Origin: Octopus sinensis | Lineage: Eukaryota | NCBI RefSeq assembly: GCF_006345805.1 | Contig: NC_043023.1 | Coordinates: forward strand, 17,546,001-17,610,000 | DNA length: 64,000 bases | Reading direction: 5' to 3' | In this document: in pieces, positions 38,086-52,279 of the stretch | Layout: every line of letters begins with the position of its first letter | Position numbering within the stretch: the stretch's first letter is position 1 | Made by a program: the position numbers and the translations under genes | The notes under the pieces: generated by a model | Told to the model about the DNA's origin: nothing | What the model saw: only the letters and a program-made list of their open reading frames with translations | Database searches by the model: none

Positions 38086-39399
38086 TTCGTACATACATAC
38101 ACACAATAAAAATACACCAAACGGAAAATTCGCAGCTAATTCCTCATCACTGATCATCTAAGACATCATTAAAACTTTGTGCCTTTAACTATCATATTGT
38201 ACACTTTTGATGGAGCCAACGGCGAGGGGGAAAAGGAAATGGATGAGAGAGATGCGTCGGATCACCGGTTACGTGGTAGTGGGAGGAGAGACAAAGAATG
38301 GTTGAATGTAGAAGGACAAGAAGCAAACAGAGGAAAATGTTAGTAGTGGAAGGAGAAAACGACAGAAGGAAGGCGAGAAAAGAGAGACAAAGCAAACGGA
38401 AGAAACAGAAATAGATGCCACAATTAAAATGTTATATATAACGTTAGAGAGTAAAACAAAGTAAAACGTTACATATAACGTTCGAATGTTCAACCTGTCC
38501 ATCACAAACGTAATTTTGCTTACGTATAACCAACGTCCTCACAGTCGTATTCTGATGGGAAGTTTTCTGTGTATACACATTTAACTGGCTTCACATTTGT
38601 TGATTTTCAAAAGTGTAATTTATGAGAAACGTGGAGCTGTGTCGCGAAATATTCCTAGAAATTGTTTACTTTTATAGAAAGAATGCGTCTAAAATCACAA
38701 TCAGTCAAGTACAGATTGATTGGTTGAATCTGGTCAAGTGGTATTGTAAGGGGATCTTTGAGCTGTTATCTGTTGCGGCCGTCTATTACAATCTTGTGAT
38801 AGTCACGCGTAAAAGTCAGCTGAAAGATTTAGTCCTGTAGATTTGTCATGGGACAGAACAATAAGTGAATGGGTTGTTTTAGTCTGCTATTTGTGTCAAG
38901 CAGCTCTGTGTAAGTAGGCAGCTATAATCTTATTTATCTAAGTTGTGGTGACGGCTCGGTGCAACTCTAGTGAAGGATTCATTCCTTCGTACCATGTTCC
39001 AAGTGTCGAATAATATAAATTACTCTTAAACTGTTTAGAGTTTATAACAAATTTGAATCATTTGTAAAAATCACTGTAAAACATGAATTATTTACGCGCG
39101 TGAAAGTTAGATCAAATGTTTAATTAGAAGATATGTCATATGGCAGTTAATAGCTTTGAAAGATAAAAGCCACTTCCGAATCTAGGTCTGTTTATCCTTT
39201 TGGTTGTGTCCAGTAGCTGTGTGAGCAGCTGTTATCTTATTTCACTAATGCATGTTGATATTTTTTGTGTTACACATAGAGTTTTAGTGAATGATTTAGT
39301 GTCTCTCACCAAATGCGATGAAACGGGTGAGAAAGTAAAGTTACTTTTAAACTAGGTTAAAAATTTGCCGAAAAATATCAGGGGAATAGTATATAATTA

Positions 39400-39857
39400 C
39401 ACCCTGTCCTCGACTTACGACAGACGGTAAGTCAATCTGGTCGTATTTCGGATTTATTTGTCAACACTATTTTCATTGCAACGGATTATAAAGCTATAAA
39501 ACACAAATATTTCATCCATAATTATTGTGCATAAAGTGAAAAAGGCATTTGTACTCTATTGTACTTTAAAGAAAAGTACAATCTAAAATTAATGTAAAAA
39601 TTAATACAAAGGAAATTCCGCATATATACAATGGCAAAAAACTTGTTTCTGTGAAAAAAGTTTAACTGACAAGAAATGTTCATTCTTCACAGTTTTGTTC
39701 TTGGATTGAGGTCGACGGTGTTTCGAGGAACATGTTGAGCTTTGAATAGTTCTTTTCTTTTTTCGTCATATATCTTACGATAACAACAAACATCTTGAAT
39801 GATGCATTTACTTTTTGTGGTCGTATGTGCGGATGGTCGGACGTCGAGGTGAGGGTG
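39400..39857. mobile_element. Tigger/pogo-type non-autonomous element
   Basis: TA|CACCCTGTCCTCGACTTACGAC...GTCGGACGTCGAGGTGAGGGTG|TA. Confidence 0.65.
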
Positions 39858-41278
39858 TACTTAGTTCTTAAAGTTTTACGATATCTATTAAACATTCTAG
39901 TATTTATAGATTACATAAAAATATAGTATGCCATCAACATTTTGTATATCACCTATAGTAAATATATCATCTATAGTAAATATATCATCAAGCATGTCTT
40001 CTACGTCTGTATATCGTCTGTCATCTGCAACTTGTATATTTTCCATATCTAGTATATCACTTATATCCACATGTCATCTATACTATGTATGTCATCTATA
40101 TACAGAGATGTACTTTCACAGCAAGTGATTTGATCTGAGATCGTGTGCTGAAACGGAAACAATTGCAGCGTGGAAGGTGTTTGTAAGCCATTTAAGAAAC
40201 ACACAAAAGCCGTTCGATTCACTTCAACATTTAAGTTTAATTTGTCAAAATATTTTCGTCGCTTTAAGACCGCAACGTGTTCACTGACAAAAATCCGTGC
40301 TGCATCTATATACAGTATGCCATTTATAACCAGTATGTCGTCAATATCCAACATGCCATCTATATCAGCTATATACAGTATTTTATCTATATCGCATGCC
40401 ATCTATATTTTGTATATCCTCTATATTCTCTACATCTCAAAACTTTCGAATATGTCCGCTGTCTACTGATTATGTTTTATTATATTACGCATGTCTTAAA
40501 AGTTTCAATTGTCTATCATCTAAAGAAGATACTCTCTCTGTATTCTACGTAGATTTAATTAATTCCCTGATGATTTAGAAATTGATATTCCTTCAAAATA
40601 ATAACAGGAATTCTTATTTTTGAGCAAGTTTTAATATTTTCTATCAAAGTAACATTTGTATATTTATCGCCGTATTTAAATAAGAAGAAAAACTAAAACC
40701 AAAAGAATAAGATATATATGATTACCTTATGTTTCACTCCTGGTGAAATACATTTTTTTAGCGTCAACGATTTTTAAAGAAATTGTGATTTACTCAGTTC
40801 TTCTCTCTATTACACAGGATGGTGAGTTAAGTTTACTTTAATGCCTTCCTGTTATAGGTTCAAATCTCCCCCTGATTCATCTTGACTCAAGGCTTTAGCG
40901 ACAGAAAGTTGCGTCTAAAATGTTTTACTCAATAACCGAGGCACCAAATTGCCCCCATCTAATTTCTGGCACCAAACCGCCCCTAATCCATCATTTAAAG
41001 GGATCGGTTTACGTGGTTCCAAATATTCTCCTTGTTTAAATTAACTTTTATTATTCAAGACATAAGCTATAAGAGAGTAGGAACTTAACATATTTTCGGT
41101 TTCCACCAGAAACCACATCAATTTATTGCTGTTATCAACACCTTCTGGCACGAAATATGAATGTCGTTATTTTTATATTCTTGCTGGAATTATATTATCC
41201 TTCTTTCTTGTCAAATACAACAGCGGCTTCTCTTTACCTCTCAAGTACATTCACTTAGGGTTTTGTTTATAATTTCAG

Positions 41279-41448
41279 CGAACTCGGTTCCAATAAAGAT
41301 ATGATGTGTGGATGTCACCTGCCAGCCTTGGTAAATTATACTAAATCAACATTCAACAGAACTGTGAGTGTCCTAGGCGTGTGTCAGACAGATCCAGGCA
41401 ATATCCAAAGCAACATTATACCTATAATTAAATACTCGCAATGTCAAA
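41279..41448 (+). CDS. LRR C-terminal cap exon (170 nt, phase 2-1)
   Basis: ATTTCAG|C GAA...CAA A|GTTAGT; ELGSNKDMMCGCHLPALVNYTKSTFNRTVSVLGVCQTDPGNIQSNIIPIIKYSQCQ, with CxC plus two more Cys; in frame with both neighbours. Confidence 0.85.
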
Positions 41449-41499
41449 GTTAGTAAAATCTTCCTTGCTTCTGTTGTTATGTTATTACCTCTGACAAGG

Positions 41500-41700
41500 T
41501 CGGCGAGTTACCACAATCGTTGGCCCGCCGGACAAAACGCCCAGCAACATTTCGTGCAACGTTACAGTCATAGTTCAAACTCCGTCCAGAACGATTTTGC
41601 TTTTAACCCACTCGGGGTCGATAAAATAAGTATCAATTGAACACTGTGGTCGATGTAATAAACTAAATCTCTCCACACACTATTTCAGGTCATGTGCCTT
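41500..41700 (+). mobile_element. Old SINE family B-like copy
   Basis: GGCGAGTT...GTTCAAACTCCG...TCGGGGTCGATAAAATAAGTATCA. Confidence 0.6.
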
Positions 41701-41816
41701 ATTGCCATAAAGAGAACTCCGGGATAGTCTCTCCTGCTCATAATATCAGGAGAGACTGTATGTAAATATATACATGTACACATACATACCCCCACACAAT
41801 ACACACATACATATAC

Positions 41817-41943
41817 AGAGTGGCTCTGTGGTAAGAAGCTTGCTTTCCAACCAAATGGTTCCGGCTTTAGTACCACTGCATGACACCGTCCGACTAAGGC
41901 CTTGTGAGTAGATTTGGTAGAGCGAAACTGAAAGAAACCCATC

Positions 41944-42025
<82 letters not shown>

Positions 42026-42240
42026 TCTATCTGGACTTGTCCCACTCACCGTCGCTTAATAGCCGATGCTGGTGTGTTTACGTCCCCGTAACCTGGCGGT
42101 TCGGCAAAGTAAACGACCGAATAAGTACTAGGCTTACAAATAATAAGATATGGGGTCGATTTGTTCGACTAAAGGCGGTACTTTAGCATGGTCGCAGTCA
42201 AATGACTGAAACAAGTAAAGGAATGAAGAATAAGAGAGTA
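41817..42240 (+). mobile_element. SINE family A (diverged)
   Basis: AGTGGCTCTGTGGTAAGAAGCTTGC...GACTGAAACAAGTAAAG. Confidence 0.8.
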
Positions 42241-42331
42241 TAACACACACAGGTACACATGTCATATATATATATACATACATACATATATATATTTATA
42301 TACATATATACATATATATATATATACATAC

Positions 42332-42443
<112 letters not shown>

Positions 42444-43520
42444 TGTTACGTACCTGCCGTCTCTCAAACTCGAACCCGGGACCCTACTAAGTCGAGCGAC
42501 GACGATTAGCCAGCTCAGTCGAACGGGAATCCGCCACACCGAGAGGAAACGGTGGTGGGAGATGGCAGCGAACTCGAACCGGCGACCGGAGATAACAACA
42601 ACAACAACAGGGGGAAGAGAGACACGGTGGAAGGCAATTTGTTTACATTTAAGAACAGTTTATACGACTATTACGACATCAAATAAAATGTGATACATAG
42701 CAGATACATTAAAGAAAATAACATGCAACAGAATTAAAATGAAAAACAACCAATGCACTTAAATATAACACGTCGTTCGAAAACAATCAAAGGCATGCAC
42801 GATACACCAAGTCCGCAGACAATCAAAACAGTTCAAATTGATGCAATATAGTTCGAAAAAGTTAAACATTAAAGTCTTTCTCTTTCTTTCTTTTTCCCTT
42901 TAACATAATTCACAATGTTCTTTATAATCTCATTTCTTTTCTTCCTCTTTTCCTTCTCTTTTTTTGTCACAATTCTTTTTAGTTCTTTACAACAGATTGC
43001 AGCTTACGTCACAATCTCGTTTCTTTTACATTTCACATTAAAACATAAACAAAACATACCGTTACATTTTCTAGTTACAAACTCCTACTATACAGCAATC
43101 CATGCCTTCGCGCCGCAATCTCCCTCACCTCCTCAATCCTCTGTGTATGTCTTTCTCAACGTTGTCGTTGCCTCTCGCCATCACCACCCTCGCATCGACT
43201 GCTATCCCTTGCCAACTGACTGTCTCTCCCTGCTCTTTTGCTGTCTCAGGCAGAACTGCCAAAAGGCCTTGTTGCCATCTCACTGTCTCAGCCAGAACTG
43301 ACCTGTTGCCAAACTGATCCCGATGCCAACGGACTAACAAACCCAGCTCGTCGAATATTAAAGGGTGGTTTCTTAAACTTTCCTTGACAGGAAAAGGGTC
43401 AGATGTCTCTTCCAAACCCATTAATCTCTCTAGAAACCGACAGGACAAAGGCTTTATCCGTCTGCTTGGCGCCAACCCACGAAACCAGGCCACAAGCACT
43501 TGTTTCTCAACTGACCTCCA

Positions 43521-43525
<5 letters not shown>
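42444..43525 (-). mobile_element. Possible LTR-retrotransposon remnant
   Basis: Complex GC-richer insert between microsatellites, starting TGTTACG; no decisive protein motif. Confidence 0.25.
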
Positions 43526-43560
<35 letters not shown>

Positions 43561-43741
43561 TATATTTATATATACATTGCAAATAAGAAAATGACAAAGC
43601 ACATTAGTTGGTTCATCAACTTTAGGACATTAAAATGTTGACTATTTATGAAAACGACAACCAAAATAACATACATACATATAGTATATTATTCAATGCA
43701 TATAATAAGAGCAGTTATTAAAAAACGTGAATATAAATTAT

Positions 43742-43848
<107 letters not shown>

Positions 43849-43881
43849 CATACATACATACATACATTCATGCATACATAC

Positions 43882-43934
<53 letters not shown>

Positions 43935-44680
43935 ACATCATTTTGTGAGGAGGGAAGTTGTCGATTACATCGACGGCAGCGTTCAACTGATACTTATTTA
44001 TTGCCAAACTAATGAGGTAGTCCATAGATATAGGAGGAATTCTGCTGTTGATTAGCTATATAATGCACAAATCTGCGTCCATAAACCTTCGAACGGGATA
44101 GGTCATCAACTTCCCCCTGCTGGCTTGGCATCAACAGACCGATTTCGGGGTTGTTGCTCCTTATCAACGTGGAGCAGCCGAGGCCATCATGGGTCGCTGT
44201 GGACCTCTGTTCAGCATTCGTTCTATTTCTCTGGACTCCCAATTTAGTTTGGCAATATGTATTAATACCTCTTACTGCTGCGATTTTGAAATTATAACAT
44301 TTCTATGTGTTTCGGGGAATGTGTTTCACTGAATAGAATCTTCAAACAGAGGTCAAAAGTGACCCCTACTGAACCCTGCTGCTCCACATTGATTAATAGA
44401 AATCACCCCGAAACCGGTCAGTGAGTGTGAAACCAGCAGAGGGAAATCGACGACTTCCCCTCTTCGAAGGTTTATGCACGCAGATTTGTGCGTCATGTAG
44501 CTAGTTAGATGCGATCCCTTCTCGGAGCTCATCAACAGCAGCATTCGTCCTACTTCTCTAGACTACCACGTTTGTTTGTCAATAAATATTAATACCCAGT
44601 ACTGCTGTTGTATCTCTACTTTAGAGAGATTTAGACATTATAACATTTCTACTTTTGAATATCTGTGAAAGTTTCATTGA

Positions 44681-44716
<36 letters not shown>

Positions 44717-44754
44717 TAGCAGAGATATTAGCAGAGATAACCAGGATTAAAATA

Positions 44755-44852
44755 GATTTCAGTAATGTGATTGTGGCCAAGGTGGAGCATCACCTTTAGT
44801 CAAACAAATCAACTCTTTGTACTTATTCTGTCGGTATTTCGCCAACCGCCAA

Positions 44853-44899
<47 letters not shown>

Positions 44900-44926
44900 G
44901 TCTGTCCTCTCTGTGTTTGGCCCTTT

Positions 44927-45025
<99 letters not shown>

Positions 45026-45125
45026 TTTCTCCTGATGACCCCACAAGCCTGCTGGTTTCCAGTATTATCAGTGTCTTTTTCCGAACCGCTAGGTTATGGT
45101 GAGGTAAACACAGCAACATCAGTTG
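44755..45125 (-). mobile_element. SINE family A minus-strand fragments, with a + strand family B tail piece
   Basis: TTTCAGTAATGTGATTGTGGCCAAGGTGGAGCA...GTACTTATTCT; GTCTGTCCTCTCTGTGTTTGGCCC. Confidence 0.5.
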
Positions 45126-45509
45126 TCAGAAAATTTTAATGACATTCACAGATTTTATAAAGGAGTTCATTCTACAAAAGCATAAATCACCAGTTTTTAA
45201 TTATTTCCCTTTATTTGAGTTGTTCCACAATTTTCGCACTTTTTTGTGAGAGCAAAATACAAATAGAAAAGGCCATCAAATAGCTTCCATAGTATTCTCA
45301 GTTGAATTTCTAACGACTGAAATAATTGTAAATGAAAGTCGTAACATTCTCTTATAGTCTTCATTAATAATTTTCTTTTAATATCTCACATGTATTGAGT
45401 TCAACCTTAACACTTTTACATTTGGTTTACACCACAAAGTGTTTATTTCCTCTTATTCTTATACATTACATATTTCGTTCCTAAGTACGGATATTTTTGT
45501 ATTGTATAG

Positions 45510-45601
45510 ATTACTCGTTATTTCAACGCAATTTGCAGTGTCAAACATGTTCAAGTTTTACATGCAAGGAATCAGAAGTGACAAACTGTACAGGCGATGA
45601 G
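45510..45601 (+). CDS. Ly6/uPAR (three-finger) domain exon 1 (92 nt, phase 1-0)
   Basis: GTATAG|AT TAC...GAT GAG|GTAAGC; NYSLFQRNLQCQTCSSFTCKESEVTNCTGDE, with the typical LxCxxC start. Confidence 0.85.
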
Positions 45602-45729
45602 GTAAGCTGAAATGTTATATTCTTTATATTAATATACATTTAACCCTCACTTAAATCCAATATGGCTACATAACTTGTACCAAGATTTCGCAAATTGTCA
45701 TAGATGCCCATGAAATCGTAAGTGGATAC

Positions 45730-47230
45730 AGACACCCTCTCAGTCTTTCCATCCTTCAATCAGCAGAACATCATGGATCAGTGGAATGTGTGATCATGCG
45801 TGCCTTGGAGTCAATTTGGAAGCAAGGTCCGTTGTTCAGGGACCTCCGATCGCATGAGATATTCCTGTATCTTAGAATTTTCCCTTGAACGATGGCTATG
45901 TTATCAGGCAAGTCACTGAATTTCAAAGTATGGACAGTTATTCTCCACATCTGTGCTACCAGATGCTCCACAGCGATGTTCTGAAAGCAATGCATTCGTA
46001 TAGTGAAGGTGGTATTCTCAGTTTAGTAGTTGTGTGATACCACTGTGTCAAGGGGATCGATTTCTCAGGGCATCAGAAAGGTTTCCTAGGAAACCATCGA
46101 TCTCAATTAGGTGAATTTGAAACTGCACATTATACACAAGGCTCTGTGAGAGTAATGCAAAGAAGCGGCTACAAAGAACATCGAAATCCTGCTTTTACGG
46201 TTCCAGGGGTCTATAGATTTATGACTGGATTTTTCTGATGTAATTGTACAGACTCGGAGCATCCCAGATTGGTCATCTTAATCGTATCTTGAAAGAGTGT
46301 TAGGCCAGCAGATAAGGATAGTGTAGGATACCCTTAGTTTAAAGTGGATGTTGGACGTGTGTCTTCGAGCTTGCAAAGATTACAGGGGTTAGACTAATGA
46401 ATTTGTGAAGCAATGCAATAGTTGAGAGGGATTATTATCCACAACCAGTGGTAGTGCGTCGTTAAAGGGACGAAGAGGACATTTAAGTTAGAGAGCGTTT
46501 AGCGAAGTTCTATCCATAGGGTCCATGCAGAGATGTGAAGATTCCCCACAGCATTTCGTTTATGTGTTCGGGACAGGCAATGGATCGGAGACAGTAGTGT
46601 TCTGCAGTACTTATATCGATGGACTATCGACAGATGTGAAGTGTAGCGAGAATCCGATTACATCATTTGAAATATTGAGAGCAATATACTCTTGCACAAA
46701 GCGTAAATAGTCCGGTTTGGATGGTCTGCCTTTCGGGTTTTAGTAATACATGCCAGACGAAATCATTCTGCAGTCACTCGTTCAATGTCCTGATATTGCT
46801 TATTTGTGGAGTTATGATAAACAACTCCTGTCTGATGGGGGACGGTTCTGGCTATCAACCGAGTACATCATGATGAATGCTCCGCCACCAACCTTTATCA
46901 GAGTAGGGAAAGTAGTTTTCCTCTGTCTGGTGACTATAACGAAGGAGGTTGTGTGTAAGTTGTAAGTTATGAGTTCTAAGACATTCCTCTTTTGGTCGAG
47001 GCCTCATTTACCTCTTCAAGATTCAATTAAGAAATAAATTGTGTGGAGAGGAAGGTGCTGTCCATAAGTGAATTTATTGAAAGGTTGGTGAAAACGGTTG
47101 ACGTCGCAAGAGCGAATGGCACTGCTCTAAACGTATAGACCCGTGTGACGGAAGAAAATTAATTGGAGAGGGCAGTTGCCCTTAATATTCAGGGTGAGGT
47201 TGGATGGTGGGGTTCTTCGATTGGTTCTAG
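45730..47230. mobile_element. Decayed, rearranged Tx1-like LINE fragments
   Basis: SPGLDGLP-like remnant near 46710; 46790-46935 resembles the 3' part of the 26.4-29.1 kb element. Confidence 0.45.
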
Positions 47231-48417
47231 AGGTCCTCCTCCATTACGATGATCACATCTCCGTCATCTTTAAACTCGTATGCCATTCTCTTTTATACCG
47301 TGCATGCTTATTTCCATATATTTACAATTCCATTCTATGAGCTTCCACATACTTTATGTCTTTATTTGTATTGGCCACTCATCAGTCGCCCATTACCAAA
47401 ATACAAAAATTATTATTATAATCATTATTATTGGGATATATCCATCTTTACCAGAAATAATTATTTCATGTTTTTTTGAAGTTTATAAATTATTAAGACG
47501 TCAGCAACATAGAATTTCGCTGATAACAATAAAGTTTCTAAAACGAGTAGAGAGATTCGAAGGATTGCTTTGGTCTGATGTTACAACATCAATCATGATA
47601 ACAGGAGATGTGGGTTCGAATTCCGCAGGCAGCCTCCGACACCATTTTTATCCAAAGGGTTTTCTAAACCAATATTAACACTCTATTATTTATAGCTTGC
47701 CTAATTCATGATCCATCGTTTCAAGAAAGAATTATAAAGAAGTGTGATGTTCTTCAGTGATTCTTCAGAATCTGGGATATTTTCTCTCCAAATGTTATGC
47801 GAATATAGTGTCTCTTCATTTTATTGCAATAGAATATGCATGCTGATGAGAAATATATACTCTACCTTTTGAATCCATTTATGCATTTTCTGTTTTATTT
47901 GCAAAACCTGAGTGTTTAAGTCCAGCCCTTTATTTGATTACCCTTATTTACGGCAGTTACCGCTGCGCTTGTTTCCGTAGTTGCTGAGGTTCACACCTAA
48001 GATATTTCGTACACTTTCTAAGAAGACTTCACTGTGAAATACGCAAAAAGTATCGGTTAAATGATAAGGTTTTCAATGGAATTTATCATTTCTTTTTTTC
48101 TGCGTTTAGGGATGGGTGACAGAGCGGTGTTGATATGATTTCGTTACGTATCTCCAACGTATATCACACATCATTTACAAGCGATGAATATAAGTAAATC
48201 TCCACAACATTGCTTATACAGTTGTCTTTCAAGACTTCATCAGTTTGTATCGATCCAATTCGTTGCTTTTCGATAAGTTTTTGAATAATGATTCATTTAA
48301 CTTTCGCGCATACTAAATATTCCCTATGCTATTGCTGTTCCTTGCAGCAGCAGTAGTAGTAGTATCATCATCAGCAGAAGTGGTAGTAGTATATGATTTT
48401 TGTATTTATTGCAACAG

Positions 48418-48601
48418 CCTGTATGTGAAAATAAGATAACGATGAATGGTGTTACACTGGAGTTTGAAAAATCCTGCAGCACATACAGAAAATGTCTTGC
48501 AGCTCTGAGAAACAATACCTTTACATGCAATAAATGGACCAGTGGCGCTTCTTGTGTTAGTTGTTGCACCGGAAACTTATGTAACAGGAACTATTCCATT
48601 G
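48418..48601 (+). CDS. Ly6/uPAR domain exon 2 (184 nt, phase 0-1)
   Basis: GCAACAG|CCT...ATT G|GTAAGC; PVCENKITMNGVTLEFEKSCSTYRKCLAALRNNTFTCNKWTSGASCVSCCTGNLCNRNYSI, with the CCxxxxCN signature. Confidence 0.92.
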
Positions 48602-50550
48602 GTAAGCGATGTTTATTTTCTTATATAATTTAACCTGATTTATTAGACGTGGGTGATTAATAGGAAATTGTATAATAGTTAATATATGAAAAGGTATAAT
48701 CGCCGTAATCAGTTTTCAAAATTTATTGCGTTCCCATTGTAGGTGCGTACATCACTTGACCAATCCCAGAGAAACAAGAAACACAGCTGTTTATATAAAC
48801 AACAATTCTTGTAACGTCAGACACCTGGAGACACTAATTTGTATATTATTACTATATAACACTTTATTTAAAATCGGCGTCTATCAACAGAACTGTCAGT
48901 CGACAATGCACAACACATACACGCACGCACACACACGCATACACACACGCACACATAACACACACTCACACATATACACACATATATATTTATGTGTGTG
49001 CAATGTAAGTTGATGTCTCGGCTGCGTTTTAGGTTTAGGAGAATATATTCTTAAAAACACCTGAACGTAAGTTAGAGGGAAGTGAAGCAACTTACATCAG
49101 GTCCCTTTTTCTGAGTGACAGACAACGATGTATGGTCATTGTTGTGACTTTCAATATCACGTACCGAACAAGATCTGCTGCAAGCTATATCACTGACTAT
49201 AACTATATGTTAAATGGCTTAAACTCTAATCCATAATTGAATCCTTTTCCGTGGTATCAAATGCTGGGAACTGCCAAGAGAGGATATTAATCTTTATATG
49301 AAACAGAATATTCAAAAGTGAAATAGAAGCAGCACTCGTGTTATAAGCTTCATCGATCACATACTTAATGTGTTGTGTGTTTGAAGGAAGACTGCGATTC
49401 AACGAAGGGGGTATCATCCTGTCAAAGTACAAGTTGTTAAGCATCGACCCCCATCCCAACTGAATGGAATTTGGGGCGAGTTGTCTAGCCTGTCCATGAC
49501 TTTCAGGTGCTTAAAAAACCCGGTAGTTTGTGGTAGTAATACACATCACGCAGTTTCGGAGCCTACTATGCAACAAATCGTCTTCCTTAGGTATGGTCGA
49601 AGATATATGTAATTTAGAGATGTTTCGACCAAAGATGGGTCCAGGTAATGTCTAACTTAATAGTGCAACCGAATGGGATTTGCTAAATCCTTCTTATGTC
49701 ATATTTTGTGGTATCATGGCCCATTCGAGTAAGGAGTTCTTGTTGATTCATTTGTATCCAGGAATATGTGGTTTACTGACATCCCTTGAAGAAAATTTCT
49801 CCAGATTCCCTTCAAATGTTATGGGGTCCTTTCCCTCATTGATCTGTTTTGAGACAATGTTAAATAAGGCTGTGGTTGTTGAGGAAAAGAATTTGTGTCA
49901 CAGTGTATCTATGTTTTGTGATTCTAAATTGTGGGGGGGACGTACGACTAAGGGTCCTAACCTTGGATGGATGCTGAAACTAAATTTGAGGTCGTTGGGG
50001 GAATGCTGATGGATTATTCTCTATATCGTTCAAATGATGTATCGGTCACGGCGGCGCTGGAGAAAATAGAATCTATATATATATCTATATATATGCATAT
50101 GTGTGTGTGTGTGAGCGCACGCGCGTCTGTGTGTGTGAGCGCGCGTGCGTGTGTGTGTGTGCGCGTGTGTGTGTGTTTGTGTATTAAAAATGTAGCATTT
50201 GATAAACAAGACGAAAATCGAGAGTATATAGATATAATCTAATTTATTAACTTATAGATAATTAGAATACTTACAAGTGTTTCAGTTTTACTCAATATCG
50301 TTACAAATTTATAAAAAATAAATGAAATTTGCAGTTAGAATATTATATGAGCAAAATCTCAACCGGGCTAATTGACATAAAAAGATTAGATGTTGTTTCA
50401 TTGAGATTTTAAATCCAACTGAACCAAATAAAAATAAATAAGACAATTTATCCTTTATAAATGTGTACGTGTATATATTTTAGTACACCTGTCGTGTGTG
50501 TCTTGTTCCTAATCTCAATGATACACTTCTATTTTTCTATCATCCCATAG

Positions 50551-50645
50551 GCTGGACCAATTTCTTTCTGTTTCATCTAATTTACAATTCCCCATTAAAG
50601 AAATCCAGCGAATCCAAACCACCTGCTGTAAACGTATCTAGAGCC
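50551..50645 (+). CDS. Exon (95 nt, phase 1-0), start of SEA-like domain
   Basis: CCCATAG|GC TGG...AGA GCC|GTGAGT; GWTNFFLFHLIYNSPLKKSSESKPPAVNVSRA; phases match neighbours. Confidence 0.8.
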
Positions 50646-50887
50646 GTGAGTATATATTAATTCCCTGGTGCTGTTTGTCTCTCTGCTTCACTCTCTTCAC
50701 AAACTTACTCATACGTATACGTGTGTATATATGTATTCTCTCTCTGTGTTTTAATTTCCTCGTTCTGTTGAAGAGCGTAGGCTCTAAACGTAAGAGACTT
50801 CCTTATCTTCCCGAGCGATAAACTGATACACCAGTTTGTTCATTATACACCTGTCTTCGTCTTTCATGTTTCTGTAAATTTCAACTG

Positions 50888-50928
<41 letters not shown>

Positions 50929-51044
50929 CTACACTGACACACACAAAATATGTAACACGAATACGAGGTAAAAAAAAAGGTGTAAGTTTTACACTAAGGA
51001 AAGAGAAAAAAATAACAGGAAAATGGGAGGAAAATGTTGAGAGA

Positions 51045-51930
51045 AAAATACGTTGGAATGTTGGACTACATCTCCGCTAAGTTTTCTTATTCGTTCATCT
51101 TACGATGTCTTGCCATCGCCTACAAACCTAGTAAGAAGGAACGTCTCAGAAAATGATATATGCAAATACGGAAAAGTTGGAACCCTGAAACATATTCTTT
51201 CCAACTCTTCATTGGCATTCAACAGATATAAATGGGGACATAAACTGCTCCTTAAGTTTATCTTCAATGTTATAAAGAAGCAAATTGTTCTTATCAACAG
51301 TGGAAGAAAATCATTGAAAAACTAACCAGAGATTTTATTACCTTTGTGCTCTCAGGACAGCAGATCCGTTTCCTGAAAAAAATTCCTGTGAGTGATGAAA
51401 ATGGCATGGCTAATGCAAGGTGGCTGTAGATTTATCAGGGTGCTAAGGATTCTTTTCCAACACAGTTACGGAAAAGAAAATGGATATCATAATGCGGTAT
51501 GAAAAAAATAAAGTGGAGACTCTAGTCGAGTTAACGGTTCTTCGCGAAGATAACACGGACGCCGCCCGGGCTCGAAAGACTGACCGTTGTGTAAACCTCC
51601 TCAACGAATGTGAAGATGGAGGCTGGAAAACTGAGCATTTTCCAATTGAAGTCGGATTCAGACGATTCCTTGAACGCAGTGCCAGGCGTCTCTTGTTATC
51701 GTTAAAGCAAACTCGTCATAAAGTAAATACCACCATGAACGACATCGAAACTACAGCGGATTTGGTTAAAAAGAGACGATGGCTAGAAGAATATTGAGCT
51801 ATATTTGATAACCAGATGATCTAGCCAACGGGGTCTCATGTCAGTGAGTGGTGGTGCGCAATGATGTCGACAGGTAGGCCTCGAAACGGCGCGCATTCTC
51901 TCCTGATGACGCATACACTTGCTGGCTTCT
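51045..51930 (+). mobile_element. 3' end of an RLE-type non-LTR retrotransposon (HERO-like), decayed
   Basis: CKYGKVGTLKHILS...RYKWGH and DII...LVELTV...GWKTEHFPIEVG restriction-like endonuclease motifs. Confidence 0.75.
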
Positions 51931-52076
51931 GGTTCGCATAACTTTCGACTGGTAGCATTCGCATCTGCAAATTGTTTGTAAAACGTCTTCCTATATGGTG
52001 AGCTGTATTTTTACCTCATAATTTTCTTCTACATTTATTTGTAGCACTACATACAAATATGTGTATGTTTGTGTGT

Positions 52077-52138
<62 letters not shown>

Positions 52139-52279
52139 ATAATACTGTCTTCTATCTATTCATTCATTTCTACACATCTGAGTATGAGCATATAAACATT
52201 TATGCATGTGTGAATATACTCAGAGCGAATAGAAAAGAAAATGTATTAAGAAAATGACACTTAAGTAATGAACTCCTTT

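Noticed and set aside
48085-48125. Acceptor-like TTTTTTTCTGCGTTTAG upstream of the LU exon
   Set aside because: No convincing donor or reading frame; exons 45601 and 48418 already join in phase.
51880-51915. CGAAAC...CTGATGA at the 3' end of the RLE element as a hammerhead
   Set aside because: I could not build the required three stems.
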